From: Bacteroidaceae bacterium
Lineage (GTDB): Bacteria; Bacteroidota; Bacteroidia; Bacteroidales; Bacteroidaceae
DNA: 64,000 nucleotides
Assembly (NCBI GenBank): GCA_963643925.1
Contig: CAVINS010000001.1
Location: 27,568 to 91,567, forward strand
Reading direction: 5' to 3'
The notes beneath the pieces are model-generated. The model saw only the letters and a program-made list of their open reading frames with translations. It was not told where the DNA came from and made no database searches. Made by a program: the position numbers and the translations under genes. Below are positions 52,601 to 62,568 of the stretch, piece after piece. Within the stretch, counting starts at the first letter, position 1; each line of letters opens with the position of its first letter.

Positions 52601-55213
52601 ATGAGAACACATACAAGTATGATGAAAGTAAAGGACATGATCGCAGTGTGCTGCGTATTGCTCGGGGTAACTCCATTGCAGGCCATAGACCATAAGGGAA
52701 TCACCTCTTCGGAACTTTCTTCAGCACGTTTCACACTTGTGGAGGCGGGAAAGCCTGTCTCTATCCTGATGGACGAGGCTGATGACATCGGCGTACGGAT
52801 TGCTGCTGCCAATCTGCAGGAGGACTTTGCCAAAGTGACCGGCCGGAAAGCTACGTTGCTCTCCCGACCCGATGATAAACGGCTTGTCATTGTGGGTACG
52901 CTGAACAGCCGCTTCGTCAAAGAAATGGCCAAACGGAAGAAGCTGGATGTCTCCCCACTGAAAGGGAAGTGGGAGAAGTACGTAATGACGGTGATTGCCG
53001 AACCGTTGGAGGGAATAGATGAGGCACTCGTCATTGCCGGCAGCGACAAGCGCGGCACGATTTACGGCATCTATGAATTGTCGGAACAATTGGGCGTCTC
53101 TCCATGGTATGACTGGGCAGACGTGCCGGTCCGTCAACAGCAGAACCTCTCCATGGCCAAAGGCACCTATACGGCAGGTGAACCCGCCGTGAAATACCGC
53201 GGCATCTTTCTCAACGACGAGGCCCCATGCCTTACCGGATGGGTGAACTTCACTTACAAGACCAACTATGGAGACCACCGTTTCTATGCCCGGGCGTTTG
53301 AACTGATTCTGCGCTTGCGCGGCAACATGATGTGGCCGGCCATGTGGTCATGGAGTTTCTATGCCGATGATGTGCAGAATAGTAAAACTGCCGATGAAAT
53401 GGGTATAATTATGGGTACTTCGCACCACGAGCCGATGGCACGCAACCACCAGGAGTGGGCGCGCAACCGCAAACAGTATGGCGTGTGGGACTATGAGAAG
53501 AACCAGACTGTCATTGACAACTTCTTCCGCGAGGGCATCGAACGTGCCAAGAATACGGAAGACCTCATCACCATCGGGATGCGTGGCGACGGCGATGCAC
53601 CCATGGGCGGTAAGGAAGGCAGGGACCATGAGATGACGGCACAGGACGAGAAAAACATACAGTTGCTCAAAAAGATATTCAAGAACCAACGCAAAATCAT
53701 TGAGGAGGTGACCGGCAAGCCTGCCAAGCAACGTCCGCAAGTGTGGGCAGTCTATAAGGAAGTGCAGCGCTACTTCGACCAGGGACTGCGGGCTCCGGAT
53801 GATGTCATCATGCTGCTTACCGACGACAACTGGGGCGACGTGACCCGGCTTCCCAACCTGGAAGGACGCAAGCATCCAGGTGGTTACGGCCTCTATTACC
53901 ATGTGGATTATGTGGGCGCTCCGCGTAATACCAAATGGCTCAATGTGACGCCGGTGCAGAACATGTGGGAACAGTTGCAACTCACTTATGATTATGGAGT
54001 GGACAAACTTTGGATTCTGAACGTGGGCGACCTGAAGCCCATGGAGTACCCCATCTCGCTCTTCCTCGACATGGCATGGAATCCGGTCCGCTACAATGCC
54101 TCCAACCTGCTGGACCACACCCGGGACTTCTGCGCTCAGCAGTTCGGTGCCGACCAGGCTGATGAGGCGGCACGTATCCTGAACCTTTACAGCAAATACG
54201 CCGGCAGAGTGACTCCCGAGATGTTGGATGCCTCGACTTATAATCTGGAAACGGGTGAGTGGCAACAAGTGTGCAGCGAGTTTCTGACACTGGAGGCAGA
54301 GGCCTTGCGTCAATACCTTTCGCTACCCGAAGGCAGTCGTGACGCCTATAAGCAGATTATCCTGTTCCCCGTGCAGGCAATGGCCAATCTGTATGAAATG
54401 TATTACGCCCAAGCCGTCAACCATAAGCTCTACAAAGAGAACAATCCACAAGCCAATGAGTGGGCGGACAAAGTGGAGAGGGCATTCGAGCGTGACTCGC
54501 TGCTGTGCTATGACTACAACAACGTGATGTCTGGAGGCAAGTGGAAGAACATGATGATTCAGAAACATATCGGTTACACGTCGTGGAACGACAATTTCCC
54601 CGCTGACAAACTTCCTCAAGTCTATCGCATAGCGAACCCCGGACCGGGAACCGGCGGTTATGTGTTCAGAGGTGCGGACAACGTGGTGGTGATGGAAGCC
54701 GAACATTTCTACAGGAAAGAAGATGCCGGTGAGGCCAAGTGGACCGTCATCCCTTACATGGGACGTACGCTGAGCGGTGTCTCACTCATGCCTTACTCCA
54801 AGGACGTCAAGGATGCTTCTCTGGCTTATCGGATGGAGATTCCCAAGGAGGTGAAAGAGGTAAGGGTTCACGTCGTGGTAAAGTCGACCCTCGCATTCAG
54901 GAACATAGAAGGACACTGTTACGAAGTGGCCTTCGATGGAGGGGATTCAAGGACGGTCAACTTCAACGGCGATCTGAATGAGAGTCCGGAGAATGTCTAT
55001 TCCAAGTTTTATCCGACCGTGGCGCGCAGAGTAGTGGAGAGCACTGTCAGTCTGAACCTGCCCACCGACAGGGAAGAATCGTGTACGCTGATGCTCAAGC
55101 CTCTCGACCCTGGCATTGTGTTCGAGAAGATTGTCGTAGACTATGGCGGCTACAAGAAGAGCTACCTTTTTATGGATGAATCGCCCGTCCGACGGATGGC
55201 GGAGAATATATAG
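52601..55213 (+). CDS. Glycoside hydrolase family 115-like (alpha-glucuronidase-type)
   Basis: The motif ALVIAGSDKRGTIYGIYELSEQLGVSPWYDWADVPV is characteristic of GH115. 870 aa. The start could also be the ATG at 52619 or 52622. Confidence 0.8.
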   Translation: MRTHTSMMKVKDMIAVCCVLLGVTPLQAIDHKGITSSELSSARFTLVEAGKPVSILMDEADDIGVRIAAANLQEDFAKVTGRKATLLSRPDDKRLVIVGTLNSRFVKEMAKRKKLDVSPLKGKWEKYVMTVIAEPLEGIDEALVIAGSDKRGTIYGIYELSEQLGVSPWYDWADVPVRQQQNLSMAKGTYTAGEPAVKYRGIFLNDEAPCLTGWVNFTYKTNYGDHRFYARAFELILRLRGNMMWPAMWSWSFYADDVQNSKTADEMGIIMGTSHHEPMARNHQEWARNRKQYGVWDYEKNQTVIDNFFREGIERAKNTEDLITIGMRGDGDAPMGGKEGRDHEMTAQDEKNIQLLKKIFKNQRKIIEEVTGKPAKQRPQVWAVYKEVQRYFDQGLRAPDDVIMLLTDDNWGDVTRLPNLEGRKHPGGYGLYYHVDYVGAPRNTKWLNVTPVQNMWEQLQLTYDYGVDKLWILNVGDLKPMEYPISLFLDMAWNPVRYNASNLLDHTRDFCAQQFGADQADEAARILNLYSKYAGRVTPEMLDASTYNLETGEWQQVCSEFLTLEAEALRQYLSLPEGSRDAYKQIILFPVQAMANLYEMYYAQAVNHKLYKENNPQANEWADKVERAFERDSLLCYDYNNVMSGGKWKNMMIQKHIGYTSWNDNFPADKLPQVYRIANPGPGTGGYVFRGADNVVVMEAEHFYRKEDAGEAKWTVIPYMGRTLSGVSLMPYSKDVKDASLAYRMEIPKEVKEVRVHVVVKSTLAFRNIEGHCYEVAFDGGDSRTVNFNGDLNESPENVYSKFYPTVARRVVESTVSLNLPTDREESCTLMLKPLDPGIVFEKIVVDYGGYKKSYLFMDESPVRRMAENI

Positions 55214-55249
55214 TTTGGAATGAATGGAGAATAACAATACTTTTGAATT

Positions 55250-57043
55250 ATGAAAATACAGATGAATCTTTATGTCAGACTGACAATTCTTCTCTTGGCG
55301 GTGTTCACCGCAACACCGGGCATTGCCAAGATACGGTTGCCCAAACTCATCAGTGACCGTATGGTGCTGCAGCGCGACACGGAACTGAAAATCTGGGGAT
55401 GGGCAGACCAGGGCGAGACGGTGACGGTACGTTTCCAAGGCAAACACTACAATGCCGAGGCCGGAACGGACGGCAAGTGGATGGTGACCCTGCCGGCACA
55501 GAAGGCTGGCGGACCTTACATTCTGGAGGTCAACGAAATCGTAGTGCGTGACGTGCTCGTAGGCGACGTGTGGCTCTGCTCAGGTCAGTCGAACATGGAA
55601 ACTCCCGTCACGCGGTTGACGGACATGTTCCCCGAAATCAATGTGTCCAACAACCACATGGTGCGTTGCTACAAAGTCCCCACACAAAACGATGTGTACG
55701 GGGTGAACGATGAAATTGCCGGCGATGCCGTCTGGCACTCGGCCATTGCTTCCGACGTGATGAACTGGACGGCTTTGGCTTACTTCTATGCACAGGAGGC
55801 TTACCGACACACAGGAGTACCTGTTGGCATGCTGGTGTCCAGCTTGGGCGGTTCCAGCATCGAAAGCTGGATAAGCGAGGAACACCTGTGCAAGTTCCCT
55901 GAACCGGCTTTCCTGCGCAATGACAGGTACACCATGAATGTGCCCGGCCGGTGGAAGGACAATGGCATCGACTGCCGGGGAGCCGTATGGCACCAAAAGG
56001 AAATTGACCTGCCGGCTTCCATGCACCACAAACATGCCAAATTGTACTTGGGGACATTGGTGGACAGCGATTCGACCTTCGTGAACGGACACTTCGTTGG
56101 CCGGACAACCTACACTTATCCACCCCGCAAGTATGACATCCCGGCCGGAATCCTGCGGCAGGGACGCAACATCATTGCCGTGCGCATCCAGTCACAGGCA
56201 GGCAATGGTGAGTTCATCGCAGACAAACCCTACAAATTGGTGAGTGACGGTTTTGAGATGGACCTCACCGGCCAGTGGACTTGTCAGATAGAAAAAGGCA
56301 ACGTGCGGGTTGAACAATTGACGGGTGTCAAACGTGTAGGCTCAGGGCTCTACAACGGCATGATTTATCCGCTCCGTGACTATGCTGTGAAAGGTGCCAT
56401 CTGGTATCAGGGCGAATCCAATGCAGGATTTGCAGGTCAATATGCCGGAATGCTCCAGTCGTTGATAGCCAACTGGCGCGACCTTTGGAAGATGCCTCAG
56501 ATGCCGTTCCTATTGGTCCAGTTGCCCAATTTTATGGAAAAGCGTGCCCAACCCTCCAACAGCGGTTGGGCCAACATCCGCGAAGCGCAATTCCAGACAG
56601 CCTTGGCGGTCTCCAATACAGCTTTGGCAGTGACGTATGACATAGGCGAGTGGAACGATATCCATCCGCTGAACAAGAAGGAGATGGCTCACCGCCTCTT
56701 CCTGGGAGCCCGCAAGCTGGTCTATGGTGAAAAGCTGGTCAGCTCAGGACCGCTCTACCGGAGCATGAAGGTGGAGGGGGACAAGATTGTCATTACCTTT
56801 ACCGAGACTGGCAGTGGCCTGGCTTGCAAAGGCAAGAAGTTGAACCACTTTGCCATTGCCGGTGAGGACAAGAAATTCGTGTGGGCGGATGCCGTGATCA
56901 AAGGCAACACCGTTGTGGTCAGCAGTCCCGACGTGAAAGTTCCTGTAGCTGTACGCTATGCATGGGCCGACAATCCGGAGGATGCCAATCTCATCAACAA
57001 AGAGGGACTGTTGGCATCGCCGTTCCGGACGGACAGCTGGTAA
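55250..57043 (+). CDS. Sialate-O-acetylesterase-family (SASA/DUF303) carbohydrate acetylesterase
   Basis: Motifs GDVWLCSGQSNME and GAIWYQGESN, plus an inserted beta-sandwich. It starts 36 nt after the GH115 stop. Confidence 0.88.
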   Translation: MKIQMNLYVRLTILLLAVFTATPGIAKIRLPKLISDRMVLQRDTELKIWGWADQGETVTVRFQGKHYNAEAGTDGKWMVTLPAQKAGGPYILEVNEIVVRDVLVGDVWLCSGQSNMETPVTRLTDMFPEINVSNNHMVRCYKVPTQNDVYGVNDEIAGDAVWHSAIASDVMNWTALAYFYAQEAYRHTGVPVGMLVSSLGGSSIESWISEEHLCKFPEPAFLRNDRYTMNVPGRWKDNGIDCRGAVWHQKEIDLPASMHHKHAKLYLGTLVDSDSTFVNGHFVGRTTYTYPPRKYDIPAGILRQGRNIIAVRIQSQAGNGEFIADKPYKLVSDGFEMDLTGQWTCQIEKGNVRVEQLTGVKRVGSGLYNGMIYPLRDYAVKGAIWYQGESNAGFAGQYAGMLQSLIANWRDLWKMPQMPFLLVQLPNFMEKRAQPSNSGWANIREAQFQTALAVSNTALAVTYDIGEWNDIHPLNKKEMAHRLFLGARKLVYGEKLVSSGPLYRSMKVEGDKIVITFTETGSGLACKGKKLNHFAIAGEDKKFVWADAVIKGNTVVVSSPDVKVPVAVRYAWADNPEDANLINKEGLLASPFRTDSW

Positions 57044-57170
57044 TGGCAATGGTTTCTTGTCACCGTTCTGTCTCAAGGGAGACTTAGCCGGACAATAGTT
57101 GGTGATGGAGAGAAAGGGCTGAAGTATTGCACTTTGGCCTTTTTCTGTTGTTGGGTACATTGTTTTTTCG

Positions 57171-57178
57171 TAGCTTTG
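57171..57178 (+). promoter_or_regulatory. -7 box TAGCTTTG for the GH2 gene
   Basis: Exact TAnnTTTG match with TTG about 20 nt upstream, 16 nt before the ATG at 57195. Confidence 0.5.
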
Positions 57179-57194
57179 CGACGTTTATACCCAA

Positions 57195-60056
57195 ATGAAC
57201 CTTAATATTAAAGACATGAAACAAAGGCACCTCTTTACATTGTTGGCATTGGGACTCTCCATGCAACTGAGCGCACAAACCATCGACCTGTCCGGCGAAT
57301 GGCAATTCGCCCAAGGCGACAAGCCCGAGTACAACGACCGCATCCAATTGCCGGGCTCGATGACCACAAGAGGCAAAGGCGACAAGGTGGACGTGAACAC
57401 CCGGTGGACGGGAAGTACCTACGACTCGTCGTTCTACTTCAACCCCTACATGAAGAAATACCAAGTGGAGGGCAACATCAAGTTCCCCTTCTTCCTGACC
57501 CCCGAGCACCACTACGTGGGCAACGCATGGTACCGCAAGACGGTGGCCGTGCCTCAGGTATGGAACAAACAGCGGGTGATGCTCTACCTGGAGCGCCCCC
57601 ACATAGAGACCACCGTGTGGGTGAACGGACAACTGGCAGGGCGCGATTCGTCCCTCTCGGTGCCTCATGAGTGGGACATCACCCCTTATATTAAATATGG
57701 TGCGGAGAACGCCATAGAGGTGCGCGTCTACAACGGCATAGAGAACGTCTGTGTGGGACAGGACTCCCACAGCGTGACCGACCAGACACAAGGCAACTGG
57801 AACGGCATCGTCGGACGCATGGAACTGCAGGCTCGTCCGCAACAATACCTCCGCAACGTACAGGTGTACCCCGATGTGGAGAACCGGCATATCCGTGTGA
57901 CCATGGATGTGGTGGGCAGTAAGAAAAAGGGCAACTTCGTGTTCCTGGTGGACGGACAGCGCCATCAGTGCAAAGGCGTGAAGGAGGGTGAGGACGGACT
58001 CTTCGCTGTCACACTGCCCATGGGCGCCGATGTGAAGCTGTGGGATGAGTTCACCCCCAACCTCTATACCCTGACCACTATCTTGGGTACCGACACCATG
58101 ACGACTCACTTCGGCATGCGGCGGATTACCGCCGAAGGCCGCCAGTTCTACATGAACGGCCGAAAAACCTGGATGCGCGGCACGGTGGAGAACTGCTGCT
58201 TCCCCGAGACAGGCTATGCACCCACCGACGTGGAGTCGTGGCTCGGCATCTTCCGCAAATGCAAGCAATACGGACTCAACTTCATGCGCTTCCACTCCTT
58301 CTGTCCGCCCGAGGCCGCTTTCGAGGCTGCCGACCAGGTTGGCTTCTATCTGCAACCCGAAGGTCCGTCGTGGCCTAACCATGGCGTACGCTTGGGCAAC
58401 GGCATGTCGATAGACCGCTACTTGATGGAGGAGACCCAGCGTATGGTGGCCCGATATGGCAATCACCCCTCATTCTGCTTCCTGGCCTGCGGCAACGAGC
58501 CGGCAGGCAATTGGGTAGAGTGGGTCGGTGATTTCGTCGACGCCTGGAAAGCTACCGGCGACGACCGCCGCCTCTACACCGGAGCATCCGTAGGCGGCGG
58601 ATGGGCGTGGGACCCCAAGAGCCAGTACCACGTGAAGGGTGGTGCCCGCGGACTCAACTGGGACCGCAAGGCTCCGCAGTCTGAAGACAACTTCAACGAC
58701 AACATGCTCAAGGTTACGCAGAAGGGAAAGACCGTGAAGGAGTTCGACAACAACGAGCCCTTCCTCTCGCACGAGACCGGACAGTGGTGCGCCTTCCCCG
58801 ACCTGAAGGAGACCTCGCAATACACCGGAGCCTACAAGGCACGCAACTTCGAGATATTCGCCGACCTGCTGCGCGACAACGGCATGGCCTCACAAGCCGA
58901 GAAATTCCTCCATGCCAGCGGTAAACTGCAGACGTTGGCCTATAAGTACGACATCGAGCGCAACCTGCGCACACGCGACTTCGCCGGATTCCAGATGCTC
59001 TCGCTCAACGACTACAGCGGTCAGGGCACCGCACTGGTGGGTGTGCTCAATGTACATTGGCGCGAAAAAGGCTACTGCGACAGCACCGACTGGCGCCAGT
59101 TCTGTGCCCCGGTGGTGCCGCTGGCCAAGTTCCCCAAGTTCGTCTACACCGACATGGAGGTGCTGAGTGTGCCCGTGGAACTCTACAACGCCAGCCAGCA
59201 GACACTGAAGGATGCCCATGTGACCTACCGCATCCACGATGAGCAGGGACGTGAGTACGCCAACGGTACCCTCTGCTGCCAGAACCTCCCCGTAGACAAG
59301 AATATCGACTTGCGTAGAGTGGCTTGCCCGTTATCCATGGTACAGGCTCCGGCCAAACTGACCCTTCACGTGCAGGTGGAAGGAACCCAAGCCCACAACC
59401 AATGGGACTTTTGGGTGTATCCCACCCAAGTGGAGATGCCCAAGGCGGATGATGTCCTCATCACAGACACCCTCGATGCCAAGGCATTGCAGACACTGGA
59501 GCAGGGAGGAAAAGTACTGGTGCTGGCTGGCGGTAAGGTGAAGATGGGAGCCGACGTGAAGCAGACCTACCTGCCCGTGTTCTGGAACACCAGCTGGTTT
59601 AAGATGCGTCCGCCTCACACCACGGGAGCCACCATAGACAAGCAACATCCGCTGTTCAAGCACTTCCTGACCGACGACTGGAGCAACCTCAACTGGTGGG
59701 AACTGCTCAACAAGGCACAGGTCATCAACCTGCGCGAGTTCCCCTTCGGCTACCAGCCTGCCATCCAACCCATCGACACGTGGCACGTGAGCCGCAAGCT
59801 GGGCATGATGGTGGAGGCCAACGTGGGCAAGGGCAAACTCCTTCTCACTACGATGGACCTCACGACCGACCTCAACCGCCGCGTGGTGGCCCGCCAGATG
59901 CGCAAGGCCATACTGGAGTACATGACCAGCGCTGACTTCGCTCCCTCCATCACCGTGGAACCGCAGACCATCACCCGTCTCTTCACTCACTCAGCCCCCG
60001 CCGTGAACATGTTCACCAACGAGTCGCCCGATGAACTGAAGCCCAAGATAGAGTGA
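57195..60056 (+). CDS. Glycoside hydrolase family 2 (beta-galactosidase/beta-glucuronidase-type)
   Basis: Sugar-binding N-domain (IDLSGEWQF...VWVNGQLAG), then a TIM-barrel region NFMRFHSFCPPE and ACGNEPAG (acid/base NE). The start may be the ATG at 57216 (MKQRHLFTLLALGLSMQLSAQ). Confidence 0.85.
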   Translation: MNLNIKDMKQRHLFTLLALGLSMQLSAQTIDLSGEWQFAQGDKPEYNDRIQLPGSMTTRGKGDKVDVNTRWTGSTYDSSFYFNPYMKKYQVEGNIKFPFFLTPEHHYVGNAWYRKTVAVPQVWNKQRVMLYLERPHIETTVWVNGQLAGRDSSLSVPHEWDITPYIKYGAENAIEVRVYNGIENVCVGQDSHSVTDQTQGNWNGIVGRMELQARPQQYLRNVQVYPDVENRHIRVTMDVVGSKKKGNFVFLVDGQRHQCKGVKEGEDGLFAVTLPMGADVKLWDEFTPNLYTLTTILGTDTMTTHFGMRRITAEGRQFYMNGRKTWMRGTVENCCFPETGYAPTDVESWLGIFRKCKQYGLNFMRFHSFCPPEAAFEAADQVGFYLQPEGPSWPNHGVRLGNGMSIDRYLMEETQRMVARYGNHPSFCFLACGNEPAGNWVEWVGDFVDAWKATGDDRRLYTGASVGGGWAWDPKSQYHVKGGARGLNWDRKAPQSEDNFNDNMLKVTQKGKTVKEFDNNEPFLSHETGQWCAFPDLKETSQYTGAYKARNFEIFADLLRDNGMASQAEKFLHASGKLQTLAYKYDIERNLRTRDFAGFQMLSLNDYSGQGTALVGVLNVHWREKGYCDSTDWRQFCAPVVPLAKFPKFVYTDMEVLSVPVELYNASQQTLKDAHVTYRIHDEQGREYANGTLCCQNLPVDKNIDLRRVACPLSMVQAPAKLTLHVQVEGTQAHNQWDFWVYPTQVEMPKADDVLITDTLDAKALQTLEQGGKVLVLAGGKVKMGADVKQTYLPVFWNTSWFKMRPPHTTGATIDKQHPLFKHFLTDDWSNLNWWELLNKAQVINLREFPFGYQPAIQPIDTWHVSRKLGMMVEANVGKGKLLLTTMDLTTDLNRRVVARQMRKAILEYMTSADFAPSITVEPQTITRLFTHSAPAVNMFTNESPDELKPKIE

Positions 60057-60169
60057 TGAGCTGACAGACCCTCTATCCGAAGGCCCACGCATACGAGGCC
60101 GAATCGGGGCAATATCAAGGTTTAGCCGCAGAGAGTTCCTCTTCGAAGGCTTATGCGTAAGAAGCATAG

Positions 60170-60217
60170 AACAAAAGAATCCGCAAACAATGCTACTTGC
60201 TTGCGGATTCTTTTGTT
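60170..60217. terminator. Perfect 17-bp hairpin, a bidirectional-type terminator between the convergent GH2 and GH43 genes
   Basis: AACAAAAGAATCCGCAA pairs with TTGCGGATTCTTTTGTT across a 14-nt loop. The arms are A/T-rich on both sides. Confidence 0.75.
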
Positions 60218-60260
60218 GTTGAGCTATACCGAAATTATCCATGAACCTATCCGATATCTC

Positions 60261-60344
60261 TGTTCAAAGTCTTTGAACAGACGTTCAGAGTCTTTAAACA
60301 CATGTTCAAAACCTTTGGACACACGTTTAATGACTTTGTACAGA
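60261..60344. repeat. Array D: 4 x 21-bp direct repeats, each unit itself an inverted repeat
   Basis: Units: TGTTCAAAGTCTTTGAACAGA; CGTTCAGAGTCTTTAAACACA; TGTTCAAAACCTTTGGACACA; CGTTTAATGACTTTGTACAGA. Unit 1 contains the perfect palindrome TGTTCAAAG-T-CTTTGAACA. The array is flanked by the inverted ATATCTCTG (60254-60262) / CAGAGATAT (60341-60349). Confidence 0.9.
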
Positions 60345-60474
60345 GATATTGTCCAATGCCGATGATAATAGCGAATGATGTGGTGGATGAATGCGAGCAA
60401 ACTCTATCCTAAAAAGGTGTGTTTATCGATTAAACATCACTGCAAAGATACACTATTATAATCGGTTTTGCAAA

Positions 60475-61794
60475 TTATTGCTTGTCAGACGTCTCCGTCT
60501 TGCGAGTGAAAGACTTCCACACCTTGTCCCATTTCTTTCGCCATTCCTTGCGTAGAGACTTGGGGACGAAGGGTTGGTCGCGGTCGGGTATCACACGGCC
60601 GGAGGGGCAGAAGCGAACCTTGACGAAACCTACCTTCTCGCGGAAATGGGCTTGCGCATCGTTGCCGAAGACGCTGCACCACCAGTTGCCATCGCGGTCC
60701 TGGAAGAAGCCGGTGCCGCCACCGCAGGGAACTGCCTCGTGACGCATGCGGTAGGGACCATATAGACTGTCGGACACGGCGATGCAGGGTGAGTAACGAT
60801 GCTCGTACGAGTCCGCTCCTCCGATGTAGTATTTGCCATCGTGCTTGAAGAGGGTTGCACCCTCGTGAGCCAAGTCCTTGCAACCGGCGCGCTTGGGACA
60901 ATTGCGTGCGTGATGGGCGGGGTCGAGGTCGTAATCCTCAATGGTAATCTTGCGGAAGGGGGTGGCAAATCCACTCATGTCATCCTTCAGACGGGCAACG
61001 TAGTCGCCACCGGCATAGGTGAAGTAGACGCTGCCGTCGGTGTCCTCGAACAGCGTGCCGTCGATACCGTCAGCGATAGGCCCTTCGTAGCTGAAGGCAT
61101 TCACATACGGACCGTCGGGCCGACCTGTGGAGCTCTTGATGATGCCGATGCCACCAGGACACATGCTGTAGACGATGTAGTAGTTGCCTTTGACGTAGTG
61201 TATCTCGGGAGCCCACACGGCACGTGTGGCCCTGCGGGGATGTTTGCGCCAACGCTTCACCCAGTCGGGTGCCTCGGTGTCTATCTCCCACACCAGTCCG
61301 AGGTAGTTCCACTGATGCAGGTCGGCCGAGCGCCACAGCTCGATGCCTTGCGCCCACGCCCAGATGTTGTCGCCCGACGAACCGGTGAGGTAGTACATGC
61401 CATCGCCACCCAAGGTGACCACGCCGTCGCGCAGATGCACGTCCAGGGCCGGGGTGATGGGTGGAAACAATCCTTTGTCCATAGCCAAATCAGTCGTGGG
61501 GAATGTAATGGGAGTGTATTCGGGCCGTGTGTACTCACCACTGTAGCGTATGCCATTCGAACCGCTTATCCAGCCGCCGCGCCCGTCACCCGTGACCGAA
61601 TGGCCAGCGCCGCTTACGCCCCGGAACTGCTTGGCCCAAGCTATCTCCTCGGCTGGGGCAACGTAGTCGGAGTCGCTCAGTGCCACGGGTTGGTTCAATG
61701 GAGGAAACTGAGGTTCTGTCTGAGCCAGACAGGGTAGTGCGATGAGGGTAAAGGACAGTGCTTTCGCACAAAGCGTAAACAGTGGTTTTATCAT
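60475..61794 (-). CDS. Glycoside hydrolase family 43 (five-bladed beta-propeller)
   Basis: Signal peptide. Motifs MYYLTGSSGD, VWAPEIHYVKGNYYIVYS and HEGATLFKHDGKYYI. Confidence 0.88.
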   Translation of the reverse strand: MIKPLFTLCAKALSFTLIALPCLAQTEPQFPPLNQPVALSDSDYVAPAEEIAWAKQFRGVSGAGHSVTGDGRGGWISGSNGIRYSGEYTRPEYTPITFPTTDLAMDKGLFPPITPALDVHLRDGVVTLGGDGMYYLTGSSGDNIWAWAQGIELWRSADLHQWNYLGLVWEIDTEAPDWVKRWRKHPRRATRAVWAPEIHYVKGNYYIVYSMCPGGIGIIKSSTGRPDGPYVNAFSYEGPIADGIDGTLFEDTDGSVYFTYAGGDYVARLKDDMSGFATPFRKITIEDYDLDPAHHARNCPKRAGCKDLAHEGATLFKHDGKYYIGGADSYEHRYSPCIAVSDSLYGPYRMRHEAVPCGGGTGFFQDRDGNWWCSVFGNDAQAHFREKVGFVKVRFCPSGRVIPDRDQPFVPKSLRKEWRKKWDKVWKSFTRKTETSDKQ

Positions 61795-61853
61795 GGCAGT
61801 GATTGGGTTGGATGGTTGTTATAAGTCTATTGTCCTCCGGTTCGTCGCCATCG

Positions 61854-62531
61854 TTACAGCTCATCGCGTGTGAAGGCGATGGCGCGGTTGACGTAGTCGA
61901 TGAATGGTTGGGTGGTGTGGAAGGCATCGGCCACACGCTGCAGCAGGTCGGGAGCGAGCATGGCTTGGCGGCCCGGTTCCCACACCAGACAGTAGGAGCG
62001 CAAGCGCAGGTACTCGCCATAGGGAGCGTCGGGAGCGAAGCCTTTGGGGTTACGCTTCAGACTGTCCGAAGGGTCGAGCTGGAAGAGCGGGGCGGCCTTG
62101 ACGATGCGGTCGAAATCGCCCTCACCATTGCAGATGTCTTCGCGGATGGTCCTCAGCACCGCGGGCTCGAAGCAGTAGTGACCACTGGCCAACAGGTTGC
62201 CTCCAGGGAAACCGCCCTCTTGCGGACCTACCTGGAAGTAATATCCGGCATAGCCCGACTTCTTTCCACCACGGACGATGAATGCGCCCATGTGCGTCTT
62301 GTACGGAGTCTTGTCCTCCGAGAAGCGTGTGTCGCGATAGATGCGGTAGGTGCAGTCCTTGGCGGTGAGGCCACTGATGGTAGGGTCGAACTTCGCTATC
62401 TCTTTAATCAATAACTCGGTGAAGTCGTCGAAACGGCTCTGAGCCGCTTGATACTCCGTCTTGTGGGCCTGAAACCAAGGTCGGTTGTTGTTGCTCTGCA
62501 ACGCTGCCAGGAAATCAATAATCTGTTTCAT
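61854..62531 (-). CDS. DUF2461 (TIGR02453) family protein
   Basis: N-terminal FLAALQSNNNRPWFQAHKTEYQ and YRIYRDTRFSEDKTPYKTHMGA are hallmarks of the family. Confidence 0.88.
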   Translation of the reverse strand: MKQIIDFLAALQSNNNRPWFQAHKTEYQAAQSRFDDFTELLIKEIAKFDPTISGLTAKDCTYRIYRDTRFSEDKTPYKTHMGAFIVRGGKKSGYAGYYFQVGPQEGGFPGGNLLASGHYCFEPAVLRTIREDICNGEGDFDRIVKAAPLFQLDPSDSLKRNPKGFAPDAPYGEYLRLRSYCLVWEPGRQAMLAPDLLQRVADAFHTTQPFIDYVNRAIAFTRDEL

Positions 62532-62568
62532 ACCTTACCTATATTATATATGGACGAATTCCTCCTGT

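Noticed and set aside
60153-60365. 70-aa ORF whose product shows a 7-aa periodicity (SKSLN/SESLN/SKPLD)
   Set aside because: The periodicity is simply array D (21 bp = 7 codons). The ORF starts before a perfect terminator hairpin (60170-60217) and reads straight through it, in a convergent gap with no promoter. It is unlikely to be translated.
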